47,005 nucleotides of DNA from IMG/VR virus record IMGVR_UViG_3300006918_000004, positions 1 to 47,005 of that record, one strand, 5' to 3'. Positions 24,312 through 34,314 of this stretch are shown piece by piece (the stretch's first letter is position 1; each line of letters begins with the position of its first letter). This DNA comes from a virus (Duplodnaviria; Caudoviricetes). The notes beneath the pieces are model-generated. The model did no database searches. It was not told the origin of the DNA and saw only the letters and a program-made list of their open reading frames with translations. A program made the translations under genes and the position numbers.

Positions 24312-25298
24312 TTAGTTCTTCCTTATATAAGTCTTTCCGTCAGGTCCTTGGTAAGCTTCCCCGACCTTGGCCGAGTTCCGAGCCTGAGCCCAAGCGTCTT
24401 TCCCCGGCTCTTGTTCAGTCCCTTGTCCGCCGCCATTAGCTACTTCCTGCATAACAGCCATAGCCGCATTGTACTCCGGGCTACCGGGATCAGCGTTATT
24501 CAGGACATTCTGAGCAGCTTGAACTCGTACAGAATTCTGACTCTTCACTCCACGACTCAACAACATCTGAGCAATCCGCTGGTTATAAGCTTCCGGCGCT
24601 TCCCCTTCCATCTGTGGATTAGCTGTCCTCATTAGCCTTTCATCCTGAGCAATTTCCGCTTCTTTTGCCCCACCAACAGTATTCTTCTTGTCCCTGAAAT
24701 ATTTCCCGTGGTCAGCTTTATACTGTCTATCTGAGGCACTACTTGCTAGCTGGTCATCCAACAGGGTCTGCTGATTATCCACAGTGAACTGATCCTGCGC
24801 GTTCTTCAGTTCCTTACCCCTAGTCACTAGAGGCCTATCTTCCCGAGCAAACTGCTGGTCCTGCTGGAGTCCTTGAGTCTGTGCCTGAGCCTGCCCCGTT
24901 TGCGCTTGAGTCTGCTCAATATTAGCCTCATTCAACAATCGTTGTTGTTCTAGCTTCTGTTGCTCCATCTGCTGCTGAGCCTGATTACTACTCATAAAGC
25001 TATGCGCGAGAGTTCCCAGTTGCAATGCTCGACCAATTCCTCCAGCCATTGTCTCGCCCATATCCGGACCTCGCATCATTTGCGCTGCAGTCATAAAGGC
25101 AGCTGTTCGGAGCGCGGGATCGTTCCTTATTCCATCGATAAAGCCCATCCACCCGGTCTTTCTCTGCTCCATTTCCTGCGGAGTAGTCGGAGGAGTTTGC
25201 GCCTGTGGCTGTTGAGGCTGGAGAGTCTGCTGGAATGCACCAGCCTGCTGAAAATTGACTGGTCGCCCTCCTCCCATAATATCTGCAAATCCAGGCAT
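24312..25298 (-). CDS. putative ejection/DNA-transfer protein
   Basis: Gln/Ala-rich, coiled coil, position in the ejection cluster. Confidence 0.65.
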   Translation of the reverse strand: MPGFADIMGGGRPVNFQQAGAFQQTLQPQQPQAQTPPTTPQEMEQRKTGWMGFIDGIRNDPALRTAAFMTAAQMMRGPDMGETMAGGIGRALQLGTLAHSFMSSNQAQQQMEQQKLEQQRLLNEANIEQTQAQTGQAQAQTQGLQQDQQFAREDRPLVTRGKELKNAQDQFTVDNQQTLLDDQLASSASDRQYKADHGKYFRDKKNTVGGAKEAEIAQDERLMRTANPQMEGEAPEAYNQRIAQMLLSRGVKSQNSVRVQAAQNVLNNADPGSPEYNAAMAVMQEVANGGGQGTEQEPGKDAWAQARNSAKVGEAYQGPDGKTYIRKN

Positions 25299-25299
25299 A

Positions 25300-25722
25300 T
25301 TAACCTCCTAGCAATTGAGCCAGTGAAGGCCGCTGAGCATTGACCTGCGGGAGGCCCATTTGCGCAGTCTGTACCTGCCCCGGACGAGGTCCAAGACTAG
25401 CCCCCGGGAAGTGCAAGGGCTGCGGCTGACTCATTTGCGCCAGTATCCCGGCCTGATTAGCATTGAGTCCTATAGGCATTCCCGGAGCAGCTGAAGCAGG
25501 AGCAGCCGCACTCGGCATAGCCATCATAGGATTTTGTATCCCTTGAGGTACCGCTCCCACGTTCGGATCTAGTATTCCCGCGAAAGCTCCAGGCGCAAGT
25601 GTCCCCGGATTGTTCGGACCAATGACTGGAGGAGGAGCCTTCATAGCTGCCATTGAAGCTAGGTTCCCAACTTGCTCAGGGTTCGCACTAAGTAATTTCA
25701 GCAACATACTTGGATCAAACAT
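25300..25722 (-). CDS. Pro/Ala/Gly-rich putative internal virion protein
   Basis: low complexity, operon context. Confidence 0.6.
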   Translation of the reverse strand: MFDPSMLLKLLSANPEQVGNLASMAAMKAPPPVIGPNNPGTLAPGAFAGILDPNVGAVPQGIQNPMMAMPSAAAPASAAPGMPIGLNANQAGILAQMSQPQPLHFPGASLGPRPGQVQTAQMGLPQVNAQRPSLAQLLGG

Positions 25723-25732
25723 TTCTATCTCC

Positions 25733-26620
25733 TTAGAACAATCCCATTAAGACACCGAGTCCACCGCCTACAGCCATTCCGAGAGGACCAAGCGGTGCTC
25801 CCATCATAGCCCCGGATAGGCCTCCTCCAATAGCGCTCATAGCCTTACCACCTCCTCCCTGATTCACATTGTTCGTAGCGGTAGTGCTTGGCGCGGCTAT
25901 TCCATTTACCAGATTGGCATAATTCTGCACCGGGATAAAGGAGCGATTTAAATCAAACTCCCTCCCTGCGGCATTGTAGTTCTCCAGCATCTGAGCAAAG
26001 CCTTCGTTCTGCGCACCGATAGCTGAAAGCATATTCGCTGGCATAAGGCCCGCTTGAAGTGCGCTCGGGGCCAAACCCAAAGTCCTCGCGAAAGTATCTT
26101 GTCCCTTGTTAAAGGCGTCAGATGACATTCTCGTAGATACGTCCCCGATATCTGTAGTCAGCCGACTAGTCGCAATACCTTCCGCTATCCCTTGCCGGGT
26201 TCCTCCGAACTGCCCATTAGCAATAGAGCTACTCCTGATCTGCGAAAGTGCCCCGCCGGGATCACTGAAATTCCTGACCATGGGGCGAATAGCTGCGTCA
26301 ATAGCTCCAGCCAGATGCGGATTGCTATTAACATCCATAGCCCCTGTCAGCCCGTAGTTAACAGCGCTAGCTATATTATCCGCTGTGCCTTGCCCTGCTC
26401 CGGTCGCAAAATTCCTGACCATATTCTGCGCAGCGATAGTATCAGCTGATGGACCTATCGGCTTCGCGGCAGGATTTCCGGCATTTTGGAAAGCAGTATT
26501 CTGTTGATCGAAAGCTGATTGTCCTGCCTGAAATAGCTGATTTCTCGCGGCGGTCTCTTCAGGGCTAAAGACCTGCTGCGTAGTCGTCGAGGTAGACTTA
26601 GGGGTTTTGCTGCTGCTCAT
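25733..26620 (-). CDS. putative ejection (pilot) protein
   Basis: GQFGGTRQGIAEG motif; C-terminal glycine-zipper hydrophobic segment. Confidence 0.65.
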   Translation of the reverse strand: MSSSKTPKSTSTTTQQVFSPEETAARNQLFQAGQSAFDQQNTAFQNAGNPAAKPIGPSADTIAAQNMVRNFATGAGQGTADNIASAVNYGLTGAMDVNSNPHLAGAIDAAIRPMVRNFSDPGGALSQIRSSSIANGQFGGTRQGIAEGIATSRLTTDIGDVSTRMSSDAFNKGQDTFARTLGLAPSALQAGLMPANMLSAIGAQNEGFAQMLENYNAAGREFDLNRSFIPVQNYANLVNGIAAPSTTATNNVNQGGGGKAMSAIGGGLSGAMMGAPLGPLGMAVGGGLGVLMGLF

Positions 26621-27047
26621 AGTCGCATCCCACTGGTTTAATTGTCAATACTTCGTAAAGTGTCTTGAGTCCACGCTTTCTCAGCAATCTTGCCATAGAC
26701 GGACGGCAGCAGACCTCTGCCTCATCTATTCCATTCCCGATCATCCACTGACTCATCCACGGCCAGAATTCCCAGCCGTATTCCATTTCCCCTGCGGCAG
26801 CCATTACCACTACAACCTTCCTATTTGTCTGCTGAAGTATCTCCGTAACCCAGACGAATTTTGTCAGATGCCCTTTACGAACTACCCAAGCCTGTTGATC
26901 TCCTCGTCGGATAGCTTTCCAGACATCCATCGGGGAGAACTCATTATGAGCGTATTGAGCCGCGTCAGCGACAAGAGGCAGTATCTCCGCCCAAATTTTT
27001 AAGGAGATGTTTTGTGTGTACTGCGTGCAGGTTACAGTTTCGTCCAT
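26598..27047 (-). CDS. GNAT-like tail/assembly-associated protein
   Basis: size, position between tail nozzle and ejection genes, degenerate GNAT pattern. Confidence 0.5.
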   Translation of the reverse strand: MDETVTCTQYTQNISLKIWAEILPLVADAAQYAHNEFSPMDVWKAIRRGDQQAWVVRKGHLTKFVWVTEILQQTNRKVVVVMAAAGEMEYGWEFWPWMSQWMIGNGIDEAEVCCRPSMARLLRKRGLKTLYEVLTIKPVGCDYEQQQNP

Positions 27048-27274
27048 GCTCCACCATAGTAAGCGTATATTCCTTTTCCTGCTCCTGGATTCCAGTTAGT
27101 TCCATCAGCCCCGTAAATCATCCCTTCTCGAGGTTTCTCGGGAGCAACATTTCGGAACTCGATATACTTCGCTACGACATACTGAAGTAAATCAGCTATC
27201 TTATTTAGTTCCTCATTTAGGTACTTAGGAATATCCTCGGGATCGTTCGGAACTGGACTTGGTACATAGTCCAT
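27032..27274 (-). CDS. small virion/tail protein
   Basis: YLNEELNKI...ADGTNWNPGAGKGIYAY. Confidence 0.65.
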   Translation of the reverse strand: MDYVPSPVPNDPEDIPKYLNEELNKIADLLQYVVAKYIEFRNVAPEKPREGMIYGADGTNWNPGAGKGIYAYYGGAWTKL

Positions 27275-28851
27275 CAGTAATCTCCTATCTTCTTCACGTC
27301 CAGACTATAGCCCTGAAGCTTCCACGCGATAGAGGTAGTAGAGCGGAATTCCACTGCAAGCATTCTCCCGGAAATAGTCGTGTTAAGTTCCCTCGTCGAG
27401 CCTATGACATAATTCTGCCAGTCTCCCCACGTGGGTTCCTCGTCCAAGTACATCTGACCTCCTACTCGAACTTGAACAATCCCGCCAATAGTTCCAGTTA
27501 TCTGTGGAATGATGTTGGAGCAGAATTTAACCGACGAAAGGTCCGGGGGAGCATTTTCCTTAAAAGGAATTCCTAGTCCAGTCCTTTTTAGAAAGGTAGT
27601 AAAGGGAGTTCCGTTAGCATCTGTAGTGTCTGGAATGAAGCCGTAGAGATAGCTACCTCCGGGGGCCGAGGCTACGAGTCGGGTCTGTGCCGGGTTAGCT
27701 ACTGTCTGTCCCCAGGAGGAAGCATCGCTATCCCAAGTGTCTAGGGCTGCGTCCCAGTTATCTGAGCCAGCTGACTCATCAGCTATCCCGAGGCCTATAC
27801 TAGTTACCTGCGGGAGATCCTTGAAGCCAATCGTATTCTTCTTCCAGTTCCAGATAACAGCCTTATTGCAGTAAGTATTGCCAGTCTCAGGATAACATAG
27901 CCAGACATCGGTATTAGCCGCGTCCATAGCTACGAAACTGTTCTGGGCATTATCTGCGTCTAAGTTATCGTAAACAGCCCGGCGGGTCTTCTCTCGTAAA
28001 ATGGAGATTGGAGTCTGCCCATCGTGAACAAAGATATCATCCCTGCCAAATACAAGATGCTGACCTGTCTGAAACTCCACCGCACAATCCTTCGCGAGGA
28101 TACCTATATTTCTGAATATATTAAAGAAGCGGAATATACTATTCCCTCCAACATAAGACATTCCCCAGACACTATCATCCTTGTAAACTATATTAATGTC
28201 TCGCATAGGGACGCAGTCTATCAGAATTCCCTCAGTCTCGGAAAGCGGGTACTCTCCTGCATCTTTCGTCGGGTCAGTATAGTCCCAAGAGTCAGGGTAA
28301 GTGCTTGGCTCAGCCGGGTGACTCCACTTGACTAATCTAGCATCCCTTCCGGAAGCTTTCGTTATATCTAGCGCAATCATAAAGTTCTTAAACGTGCGAA
28401 TGACTGCGGCTGTAGTGCTCGCGGGCCAGTTCGGGAGGTCTACTAGCTTTGTAGTATTCGCGGCTGGACTCCAGACTTGTGGAACGTCTATTCCATTGTT
28501 CAGAAAAAGGAGTCCGTTCATAACTCCTCCCTGCCAGTTTAGCTTTCCGGCTGAAGCATAAGGCCCGAAGGCTCGAGTTATATCATGATGTCCTGAGTCA
28601 AAGCAATATACTGCTGTTTCTCCAGCATATACCCAGAAAGCATTCCCGGTAACTGGCCGGACAGACGCAAGGAAATAAGGAGGGATGGAAGCTCCTCCAT
28701 ATAGATTTCTATACCCTTGCACCTTTTCCGCGTAGCCCTCCATAAAGTGAACATTAGCGGCTGCGCTCCAAGCTGTTGGGGGAAGCTCATGAGGACGCAG
28801 ATCACTGATAACACCGAACTGACCGGCGGGAGCAAAGGTAACTATAGGCAT
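27274..28851 (-). CDS. tail nozzle / packaged-DNA stabilisation protein (P22 gp10 / T7 gp12-like)
   Basis: 525 aa, beta-rich propeller-like repeats, VKWS motif, podovirus position. Confidence 0.7.
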   Translation of the reverse strand: MPIVTFAPAGQFGVISDLRPHELPPTAWSAAANVHFMEGYAEKVQGYRNLYGGASIPPYFLASVRPVTGNAFWVYAGETAVYCFDSGHHDITRAFGPYASAGKLNWQGGVMNGLLFLNNGIDVPQVWSPAANTTKLVDLPNWPASTTAAVIRTFKNFMIALDITKASGRDARLVKWSHPAEPSTYPDSWDYTDPTKDAGEYPLSETEGILIDCVPMRDINIVYKDDSVWGMSYVGGNSIFRFFNIFRNIGILAKDCAVEFQTGQHLVFGRDDIFVHDGQTPISILREKTRRAVYDNLDADNAQNSFVAMDAANTDVWLCYPETGNTYCNKAVIWNWKKNTIGFKDLPQVTSIGLGIADESAGSDNWDAALDTWDSDASSWGQTVANPAQTRLVASAPGGSYLYGFIPDTTDANGTPFTTFLKRTGLGIPFKENAPPDLSSVKFCSNIIPQITGTIGGIVQVRVGGQMYLDEEPTWGDWQNYVIGSTRELNTTISGRMLAVEFRSTTSIAWKLQGYSLDVKKIGDY

Positions 28852-29363
28852 TATCTTTGGGCTGATTTCTCAGCCATCTCGTTCCATTCTTTTACGCAAG
28901 CCCGTAGGTCAATTATCGCTTTATCTCGGGACTTTGCAAGTCGCTCAAGAACTCCTGCTTCAATTCGTTCCAGACCTGTATTGAGTCCGGCTCTTGTTGC
29001 GCTGCTGCAGTCAACTCCTTTGAGGGCTTCGGTAAGGGAACGCACTCTATTGCTACTGGTACTGGCGTCCCGGCGCAGCCTATTATATTCAGTATAAGCA
29101 GCATCAAGGCTATTGTGGTAAGCTTCACGTTCTTTCTCCAATGCAGCAGCTACTTTTAAATAAGCTGATTTAAGTTTATCTGCTTTAGCTTGCGCTTCGA
29201 GTCCTTCGGATTTAGTCTGAGCTACGAAAGCCTTGTGCTTGGCATCCAGGAGATTGAACCTTGCTTCTTGCACTCGATGGGAAACACTCACCCCGAGTAA
29301 GCATATAAGCAGAATCCCTATAATATAGGCTGGAATATTAGGCAAGGAATAGCTCCATTTCAA
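28851..29363 (-). CDS. Rz-like inner-membrane spanin
   Basis: N-terminal TM then coiled coil, directly after the endolysin. Confidence 0.8.
   Translation of the reverse strand: MKWSYSLPNIPAYIIGILLICLLGVSVSHRVQEARFNLLDAKHKAFVAQTKSEGLEAQAKADKLKSAYLKVAAALEKEREAYHNSLDAAYTEYNRLRRDASTSSNRVRSLTEALKGVDCSSATRAGLNTGLERIEAGVLERLAKSRDKAIIDLRACVKEWNEMAEKSAQR
28913..29128 (-). CDS. Rz1-like outer-membrane lipoprotein spanin, nested in Rz
   Basis: different frame inside Rz; lipobox-like IIGC, Pro-rich (start may be ATG 29104). Confidence 0.75.
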   Translation of the reverse strand: MKLTTIALMLLILNIIGCAGTPVPVAIECVPLPKPSKELTAAAQQEPDSIQVWNELKQEFLSDLQSPEIKR

Positions 29364-29766
29364 GTTTTCTACGAGCAGTCAATCCTCCGAGAACTTCTCC
29401 CTTCTGCTGATTCCATCGGGAGAACTGTTTTGCGGCTGCTTCATATTTGCCTTGGTTAAGAAGCTTCAGCAAAGTAGAGCTACGGAAAGCACTCCCACCG
29501 ACATTGAAGACAAAGCATACGAGCGCATCAAATTGCTCTTGTGTTAAAGGAACTTCGACAGAATCCAGCACTGCATCTTCGGCCCATTTTACATCTTGTA
29601 CTAAGAAAAAATGAGCGTCAGCCTCTGTAATAAAGTCTCCTTGTTTTACTCCTTTCGTATGCCCGTAGCCAATTGTCCAGACATCATTTTTCGTAGGAAG
29701 ATAAGCTTGTAACTTTACCCCCTCCACTTTCTTAATAAGCTCAAGCCCTTTCTTACTGGTTTTCAT
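29338..29766 (-). CDS. endolysin, GH24 lysozyme
   Basis: EGVKLQAY...WTIGYGHT, QFDALVCFVFNVG, GLTARR. Confidence 0.92.
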   Translation of the reverse strand: MKTSKKGLELIKKVEGVKLQAYLPTKNDVWTIGYGHTKGVKQGDFITEADAHFFLVQDVKWAEDAVLDSVEVPLTQEQFDALVCFVFNVGGSAFRSSTLLKLLNQGKYEAAAKQFSRWNQQKGEVLGGLTARRKLEMELFLA

Positions 29767-30067
29767 AGTTCACCGGGGAATCATACAAGCCAACGAAAAT
29801 TTTATAGATACGAAGTAGCTGCAATAAAGCAATCGCCCAGATAACTGTACGACTGACAGGGTTGAAGTCCACGTAGCCGGTGAGGAACTGCATGAAGCCT
29901 ATCCCCGCGGCTAGCGCAAGAGCTATCAAGACAACGGTCTCCAGAAAGCACAATTTCACTTTCGACACGAGTAAATAGTAAGATGTTCCGCACACTATCA
30001 ATAGTGCTAGACAAGTCAAGAGAGTCACTTTTCTCCTCCAAGAAATCGTGAAATAACTGACTTCCAA
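29753..30067 (-). CDS. three-TM membrane protein (holin/antiholin candidate)
   Basis: hydrophobic segments, lysis cassette; true start uncertain. Confidence 0.55.
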   Translation of the reverse strand: MEVSYFTISWRRKVTLLTCLALLIVCGTSYYLLVSKVKLCFLETVVLIALALAAGIGFMQFLTGYVDFNPVSRTVIWAIALLQLLRIYKIFVGLYDSPVNYENQ

Positions 30068-30351
30068 AGTTTGGTATCCTTGATCAGTGAATTGGCTGAG
30101 GAAATTGCACTCATCCCGAACACCCCCAAAGCTGCGGCAATTCCCAGTTCGTAGGTAGCAGCCGCCTCGAAATACTGCGCCAAGGGCTGTGTCCCATAGT
30201 TTGCTAGGAATATGCTGCTGACTACAACTGACGCCTTTCCTCGCAGGGTTAGGACCTCATAATGCTGGAGCGAGATAAGTCCTCCAACTGCTCCCGCAAT
30301 AAGGATGGAAAATTTCTTTATTCCGAGAGCAGCCAGTAGACTACCTAACAT
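30025..30351 (-). CDS. putative holin
   Basis: AGAVGGLISL, 2-3 TM segments, upstream of the endolysin. Confidence 0.65.
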   Translation of the reverse strand: MLGSLLAALGIKKFSILIAGAVGGLISLQHYEVLTLRGKASVVVSSIFLANYGTQPLAQYFEAAATYELGIAAALGVFGMSAISSANSLIKDTKLWKSVISRFLGGEK

Positions 30352-30357
30352 GATGGC

Positions 30358-30555
30358 TTAGCAGGTTACGAGGTAGAATGCTACGAGGAAACCAACAGCT
30401 CCGCCTACGATCAGCGCGGTAACTTTGCTATCTACAACTTTCTGCAGGATGCCGTCAGTTTTCGCTTCGGCTTCTTCGTAATGCGCCTCCGCAACCGCGA
30501 CAGTCTCCTTTACTTCTTCTACTACCTCCTTCAACTTCTCTTTGGCTCGTGCCAT
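30358..30555 (-). CDS. small C-terminally anchored membrane protein
   Basis: AAAGGAG RBS; charged N-terminus, TM at the C-terminus. Confidence 0.65.
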   Translation of the reverse strand: MARAKEKLKEVVEEVKETVAVAEAHYEEAEAKTDGILQKVVDSKVTALIVGGAVGFLVAFYLVTC

Positions 30556-30611
30556 TTTGAGCTCCTTTAAAATTAACTACGGGGAAATTTCAACAACTTT
30601 CTATGTGACTG

Positions 30612-30872
30612 TCAAGTTATCAGGTACCAAGCTACTATGAAAAATGAGGTTGCTATAAAGTAAATAAGTAAATCAAATCTGCCCACAGCACGCCACTCCC
30701 AGTTGTGTTGCTCCAGCTCCCGGAGAAAGGCTACGACCATTACAAGAAGGCCAGCGACTAGTGGCGGGACTGGAAAGATGAAAGAAAGAAACAGGCAAAG
30801 CGCATGAGCCGAATGCCCGAGCTGATCCCGGAGTTCCTTAGTCAGCGCTTTCGAGGGCTGGAGGTTTTCCAA
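30612..30872 (-). CDS. small membrane protein
   Basis: DQLGH...RELEQH...D pattern with TM segments. Confidence 0.6.
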   Translation of the reverse strand: MENLQPSKALTKELRDQLGHSAHALCLFLSFIFPVPPLVAGLLVMVVAFLRELEQHNWEWRAVGRFDLLIYFIATSFFIVAWYLIT

Positions 30873-31188
30873 TAGGTAACTCCTTGAAATGTGGTTTGTT
30901 AATCTGAATCTTCATAGCCATCATAGCGACTTCATTCTGCTTTACTACTTCATTGCGGAAGGATTCGATAGCTGCTGCCCCCTGCCGGACTTCATTCGAG
31001 TTGTTGATCAGGAGGATAGGAGTCCACGCGATAGCGCACCGCCATTCGTCTATATCCAGCCCGGTGTTAGGCTCAAATCCTCGCACCTTAATGTACCAAG
31101 GACAGCGGACGATAACCTGCTCCCCGCCATCCACTTTTACTTCTTCACACTTCGCTCCGAGCGGGCAATCCCCTTCCCTTACCTTCAT
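30838..31188 (-). CDS. Cys-containing conserved phage protein next to tail fibre
   Basis: CPL..C..CPW..CAIAW..ESFRNEVVK. Confidence 0.7.
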   Translation of the reverse strand: MKVREGDCPLGAKCEEVKVDGGEQVIVRCPWYIKVRGFEPNTGLDIDEWRCAIAWTPILLINNSNEVRQGAAAIESFRNEVVKQNEVAMMAMKIQINKPHFKELPIGKPPALESAD

Positions 31189-31189
31189 T

Positions 31190-31831
31190 TTAATCCCTTG
31201 TACAAATAATTAAGTCGATATACTGGACAGCTAGATTTATTGAGTTGCCAGTAAAAGTGTGAGTATGGCCGGCTCCAGACCCTGTCGTATCTGTATCTGT
31301 TCCCAAAGCGTTCAGAGGGCCATCACCATCCGCTGCCCAAACACTGCCAGTAGCATCAGAGGTCCCTGTCTTTAAATGGTGCGAGTGCGGGGGAAGTTCA
31401 GCTACAGTTAGGCTGTGATAGCCTACGCTTCCCGTAATGCTCTGCGTATTGAAAGCAGTAGTAAATGGCTGCGAGCCGCCCGAACCTCCACCTGTACCAG
31501 AGACAACACGAAGAGCCTTATTGTTGTGCGCGGTTACTTTAGTCCAATACGTTGGAGCAGATGCCTGATAAAAGAGCATCGGCGTGCCCCCAGGTATAGA
31601 TGCCTTTCCACTATTCAAAACGTTTAACTGCGTCTGAATTCCGGAGGTTACTCCTACCAAATAATTTAACTCAGTCGGGGTAGGATTAACAGCCTCTGTA
31701 ATATTCGGGAAGGTAGCCTGAAGAACTGCTTTCAACAGGCGAATATGATCATCTCCCTCGGAGCGGGGATCAGTTGCTAGTGGATTTGTAGCTACTAGAT
31801 CATCAATATAAGTTGCTGACTCAATTGCCAT
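31190..31831 (-). CDS. short tail fibre protein
   Basis: GDDHIRLLK N-terminal attachment motif; collar-like APTYWTK; HSH/HTH metal-binding tip motifs. Confidence 0.75.
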   Translation of the reverse strand: MAIESATYIDDLVATNPLATDPRSEGDDHIRLLKAVLQATFPNITEAVNPTPTELNYLVGVTSGIQTQLNVLNSGKASIPGGTPMLFYQASAPTYWTKVTAHNNKALRVVSGTGGGSGGSQPFTTAFNTQSITGSVGYHSLTVAELPPHSHHLKTGTSDATGSVWAADGDGPLNALGTDTDTTGSGAGHTHTFTGNSINLAVQYIDLIICTRD

Positions 31832-32466
31832 TAGTCCTCTCCCATTCCATAGGTTCTATTAGAGTGCCTACGTGCTTCGTGCTTTGTGTACAGTCTCTGC
31901 CTAGCAACACTCGCATCCTTCTCGAATTGCGCCTGAAGATCGGTGTTAAAAATGTGCCCGGCCATTATGAGACCAGTCTCGGCTATGAGCAAATCCCCAG
32001 CATGCTTCAGCCACTTGTTCTCGATATTATCTGAAGCAAGGGAATCGTCCTTTGCGTAATACCGCATCTTGATAGTGTAGGAATCATCGGGGACTGGGAA
32101 CAGGGCAAAATAGTCTCCCAAAAGGGCATATCGCTTGGGAAGGCCAGTAGCGGGATATTTTACCCGAAGATAGTCGTAGTCATTCTTTCGCAGCTCAGTC
32201 CAGGGAGTAGCAGAGTCCTCGTCATAAAGCCAGAGAGCTTGATCTTCTACTTCCCCAAGAAAATCATCCGGGAGGAGTATTCTCTCTTCTCCAGCAATAG
32301 TAGTTATCGTAGCTAGCTCTGTCTCAAGAAACCACGGAAGAAAGGCTCCAGTACCCTCAAGTTTATATTCCTGGGCATAAACCATCTCGAGGAGAATCCT
32401 TGCGTCCAGATCTGTCCGGTTACCCAGCCGATATTTAAGTAGAGCTATTGCTTCATCACGAGTCAT
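31831..32466 (-). CDS. head-tail adaptor (tail tubular protein A-like)
   Basis: LPDDF, GLPKRY, LFPVPDDSYTI, NKWL motifs. Confidence 0.75.
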   Translation of the reverse strand: MTRDEAIALLKYRLGNRTDLDARILLEMVYAQEYKLEGTGAFLPWFLETELATITTIAGEERILLPDDFLGEVEDQALWLYDEDSATPWTELRKNDYDYLRVKYPATGLPKRYALLGDYFALFPVPDDSYTIKMRYYAKDDSLASDNIENKWLKHAGDLLIAETGLIMAGHIFNTDLQAQFEKDASVARQRLYTKHEARRHSNRTYGMGED

Positions 32467-32475
32467 AATAATCTC

Positions 32476-33867
32476 TTATTCTAAAGAATCTTGATAAGTC
32501 CACGAGGAGGAGATACTACTGTCTTTAGTCCAAGAACCGACTGCCGAGCTGCCGAGTGCCCATCGGGGAACAACAAGGCCACTTGCGGTCACTATGTCAT
32601 CATCCTCAAGAATTGCCCCGACAGCATACAACAGGATAGTTCCAGTTGCAGCTACCGTATCATCTTCCTCAGTAAATTGCCCGATGCCAATTACAGGTGT
32701 ATCGCCGCTGACCCCCGAAGCAGAGACTATGTCATTTTCTTCTGTGAAAGAGCACGCCCCGAGAATTGTCGTGGTGCCAGCGCTGGAGACTATATCATCC
32801 GCTTCATTAAAGGAGCCATTGCCAAGTACTGTTGTAGTGCCTGTCCCCGAGACTGTGTCGTTTTCCTCAGTAATTGAACCAGTCCCGGAGACACTATTTC
32901 CAGGGGCTCCAGAAGCTAGAACAATATCATTTTCTTCTGTGAACGCTCCGAGCCCTTTTACTGTGGTAGTTCCTGTAGCAGCTACAATGTCACTGTCTTC
33001 AGTAAATGCTCCAGTGCCTACTGCAGTTGTAGTTCCTACCGCTGAAACAGTGTCATCTTCCTCAGTAATGTCCCCAGTTCCTACAGGGTTACTATCTCCT
33101 GCAGCGGGTATGAAGATAGTTCTATTACTGTCTGGTTCCCAGAGTTCCCAGAAGTCTCTTGAAATCTCCGTAATTTCTCGAGTATCTAGTACCTGATTCA
33201 AACGAACAAAAGCTATCCAGTCAACATCTGAATCGGTTGCACCATCGTAGTTATTAGACCGACCGAGGCTTATCGCACCAACACCTGACTCCTGCGCCTG
33301 TGTTCCTGTAGAGCCTCCAAATAGCACTCCGTTTTTATAACAAGCGAAGCCAGTGTTAGTTACGCCAGAATGGGTAAATACTAGAACATTGAAATCGGAT
33401 AATCCTGAAATAGTCGAGCCGTGTAAAGTTGAAACAAAAGTGTTACCTACGAATCCATAGAGCCTATCATTACTCCCGTCTCGTCCAACAGTAAACTGAC
33501 AATTAGTAACAGTTAAAGTGGAGCTAACACTTTTCGAGAACAATCCGCCCCAAGGACTATCCATGCTATTAACGCGGCAAATTGCTATTACTGTGTTTGG
33601 GCCAACCCAATTCTGCCCAATGTTAAAGTCAGCCCAGCTTCCATTCGGAGTGTGTAGCGCATAGCCTGCTTTTGTGCCTCGTTGAACACTTCCCGTTCCG
33701 CCGAAAGTCAGCCCTACCATCCTCGTGTCTAGGGCAGCATTATAAAAAGGCTTTACTCCAGATATAGCAAATGTGGCTGATCTAGCAAGCCAATGCTTCT
33801 GGTTAAGAGGGGTAGCCTTCTGCGGCTGTTTTCTAGCCTTTCGCGGAAGGATTAAGGAGGTGCCCAT
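32476..33867 (-). CDS. virion appendage protein: LamG/ConA-like domain plus repeat stalk
   Basis: beta-sandwich with YKNG motif; 8 acidic ~21-aa repeats. Confidence 0.65.
   Translation of the reverse strand: MGTSLILPRKARKQPQKATPLNQKHWLARSATFAISGVKPFYNAALDTRMVGLTFGGTGSVQRGTKAGYALHTPNGSWADFNIGQNWVGPNTVIAICRVNSMDSPWGGLFSKSVSSTLTVTNCQFTVGRDGSNDRLYGFVGNTFVSTLHGSTISGLSDFNVLVFTHSGVTNTGFACYKNGVLFGGSTGTQAQESGVGAISLGRSNNYDGATDSDVDWIAFVRLNQVLDTREITEISRDFWELWEPDSNRTIFIPAAGDSNPVGTGDITEEDDTVSAVGTTTAVGTGAFTEDSDIVAATGTTTVKGLGAFTEENDIVLASGAPGNSVSGTGSITEENDTVSGTGTTTVLGNGSFNEADDIVSSAGTTTILGACSFTEENDIVSASGVSGDTPVIGIGQFTEEDDTVAATGTILLYAVGAILEDDDIVTASGLVVPRWALGSSAVGSWTKDSSISSSWTYQDSLE
32578..33081 (-). repeat. 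8 imperfect ~63-bp coding repeats (G.G.FTEE.D.V.A.GTTT)
   Basis: visible in the translation. Confidence 0.85.
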
Positions 33868-34313
33868 TACGCGGGTTTGTAGGTTCTAGGAGTTACCTTG
33901 AGTGTCCAGCCGGCAGTGATGGTCTGCCCGGTGCTATTCTTAATGTAATATTCCGCTTCTTTCGGCACCCCGAAAGCCTCCAGCCAAAGGTACTGATCTG
34001 TAGCTGCGGCTGAGCCATAGACAACAAAATCCCCTACATGCGTTTCCATATAGGTGGCTGTCGGAGCCGGAGCGTCGTTAGTTCCGTCTATGTTTAGAGG
34101 TCTAGCGAAGAGGGAAATAGCTGTATTCTCTATAGAGGTAACTGTACCGAACTGAACCTTTAGAACAAACTCCGCATCCGGGTAGTTGCTGCCATCAGAA
34201 GCAACTGAATAAGTTGAGTCATTTGCTTGAGCGATAGTTGCGTTGGATACGCTTGCCCCACTCGCCTCCAGGGTCTTTTGCGTACCCCAAGTATAGATTG
34301 CTTCATTTGCCAT
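33867..34313 (-). CDS. putative virion structural protein
   Basis: beta-rich, tightly coupled in the structural operon. Confidence 0.65.
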   Translation of the reverse strand: MANEAIYTWGTQKTLEASGASVSNATIAQANDSTYSVASDGSNYPDAEFVLKVQFGTVTSIENTAISLFARPLNIDGTNDAPAPTATYMETHVGDFVVYGSAAATDQYLWLEAFGVPKEAEYYIKNSTGQTITAGWTLKVTPRTYKPA

Positions 34314-34314
34314 A

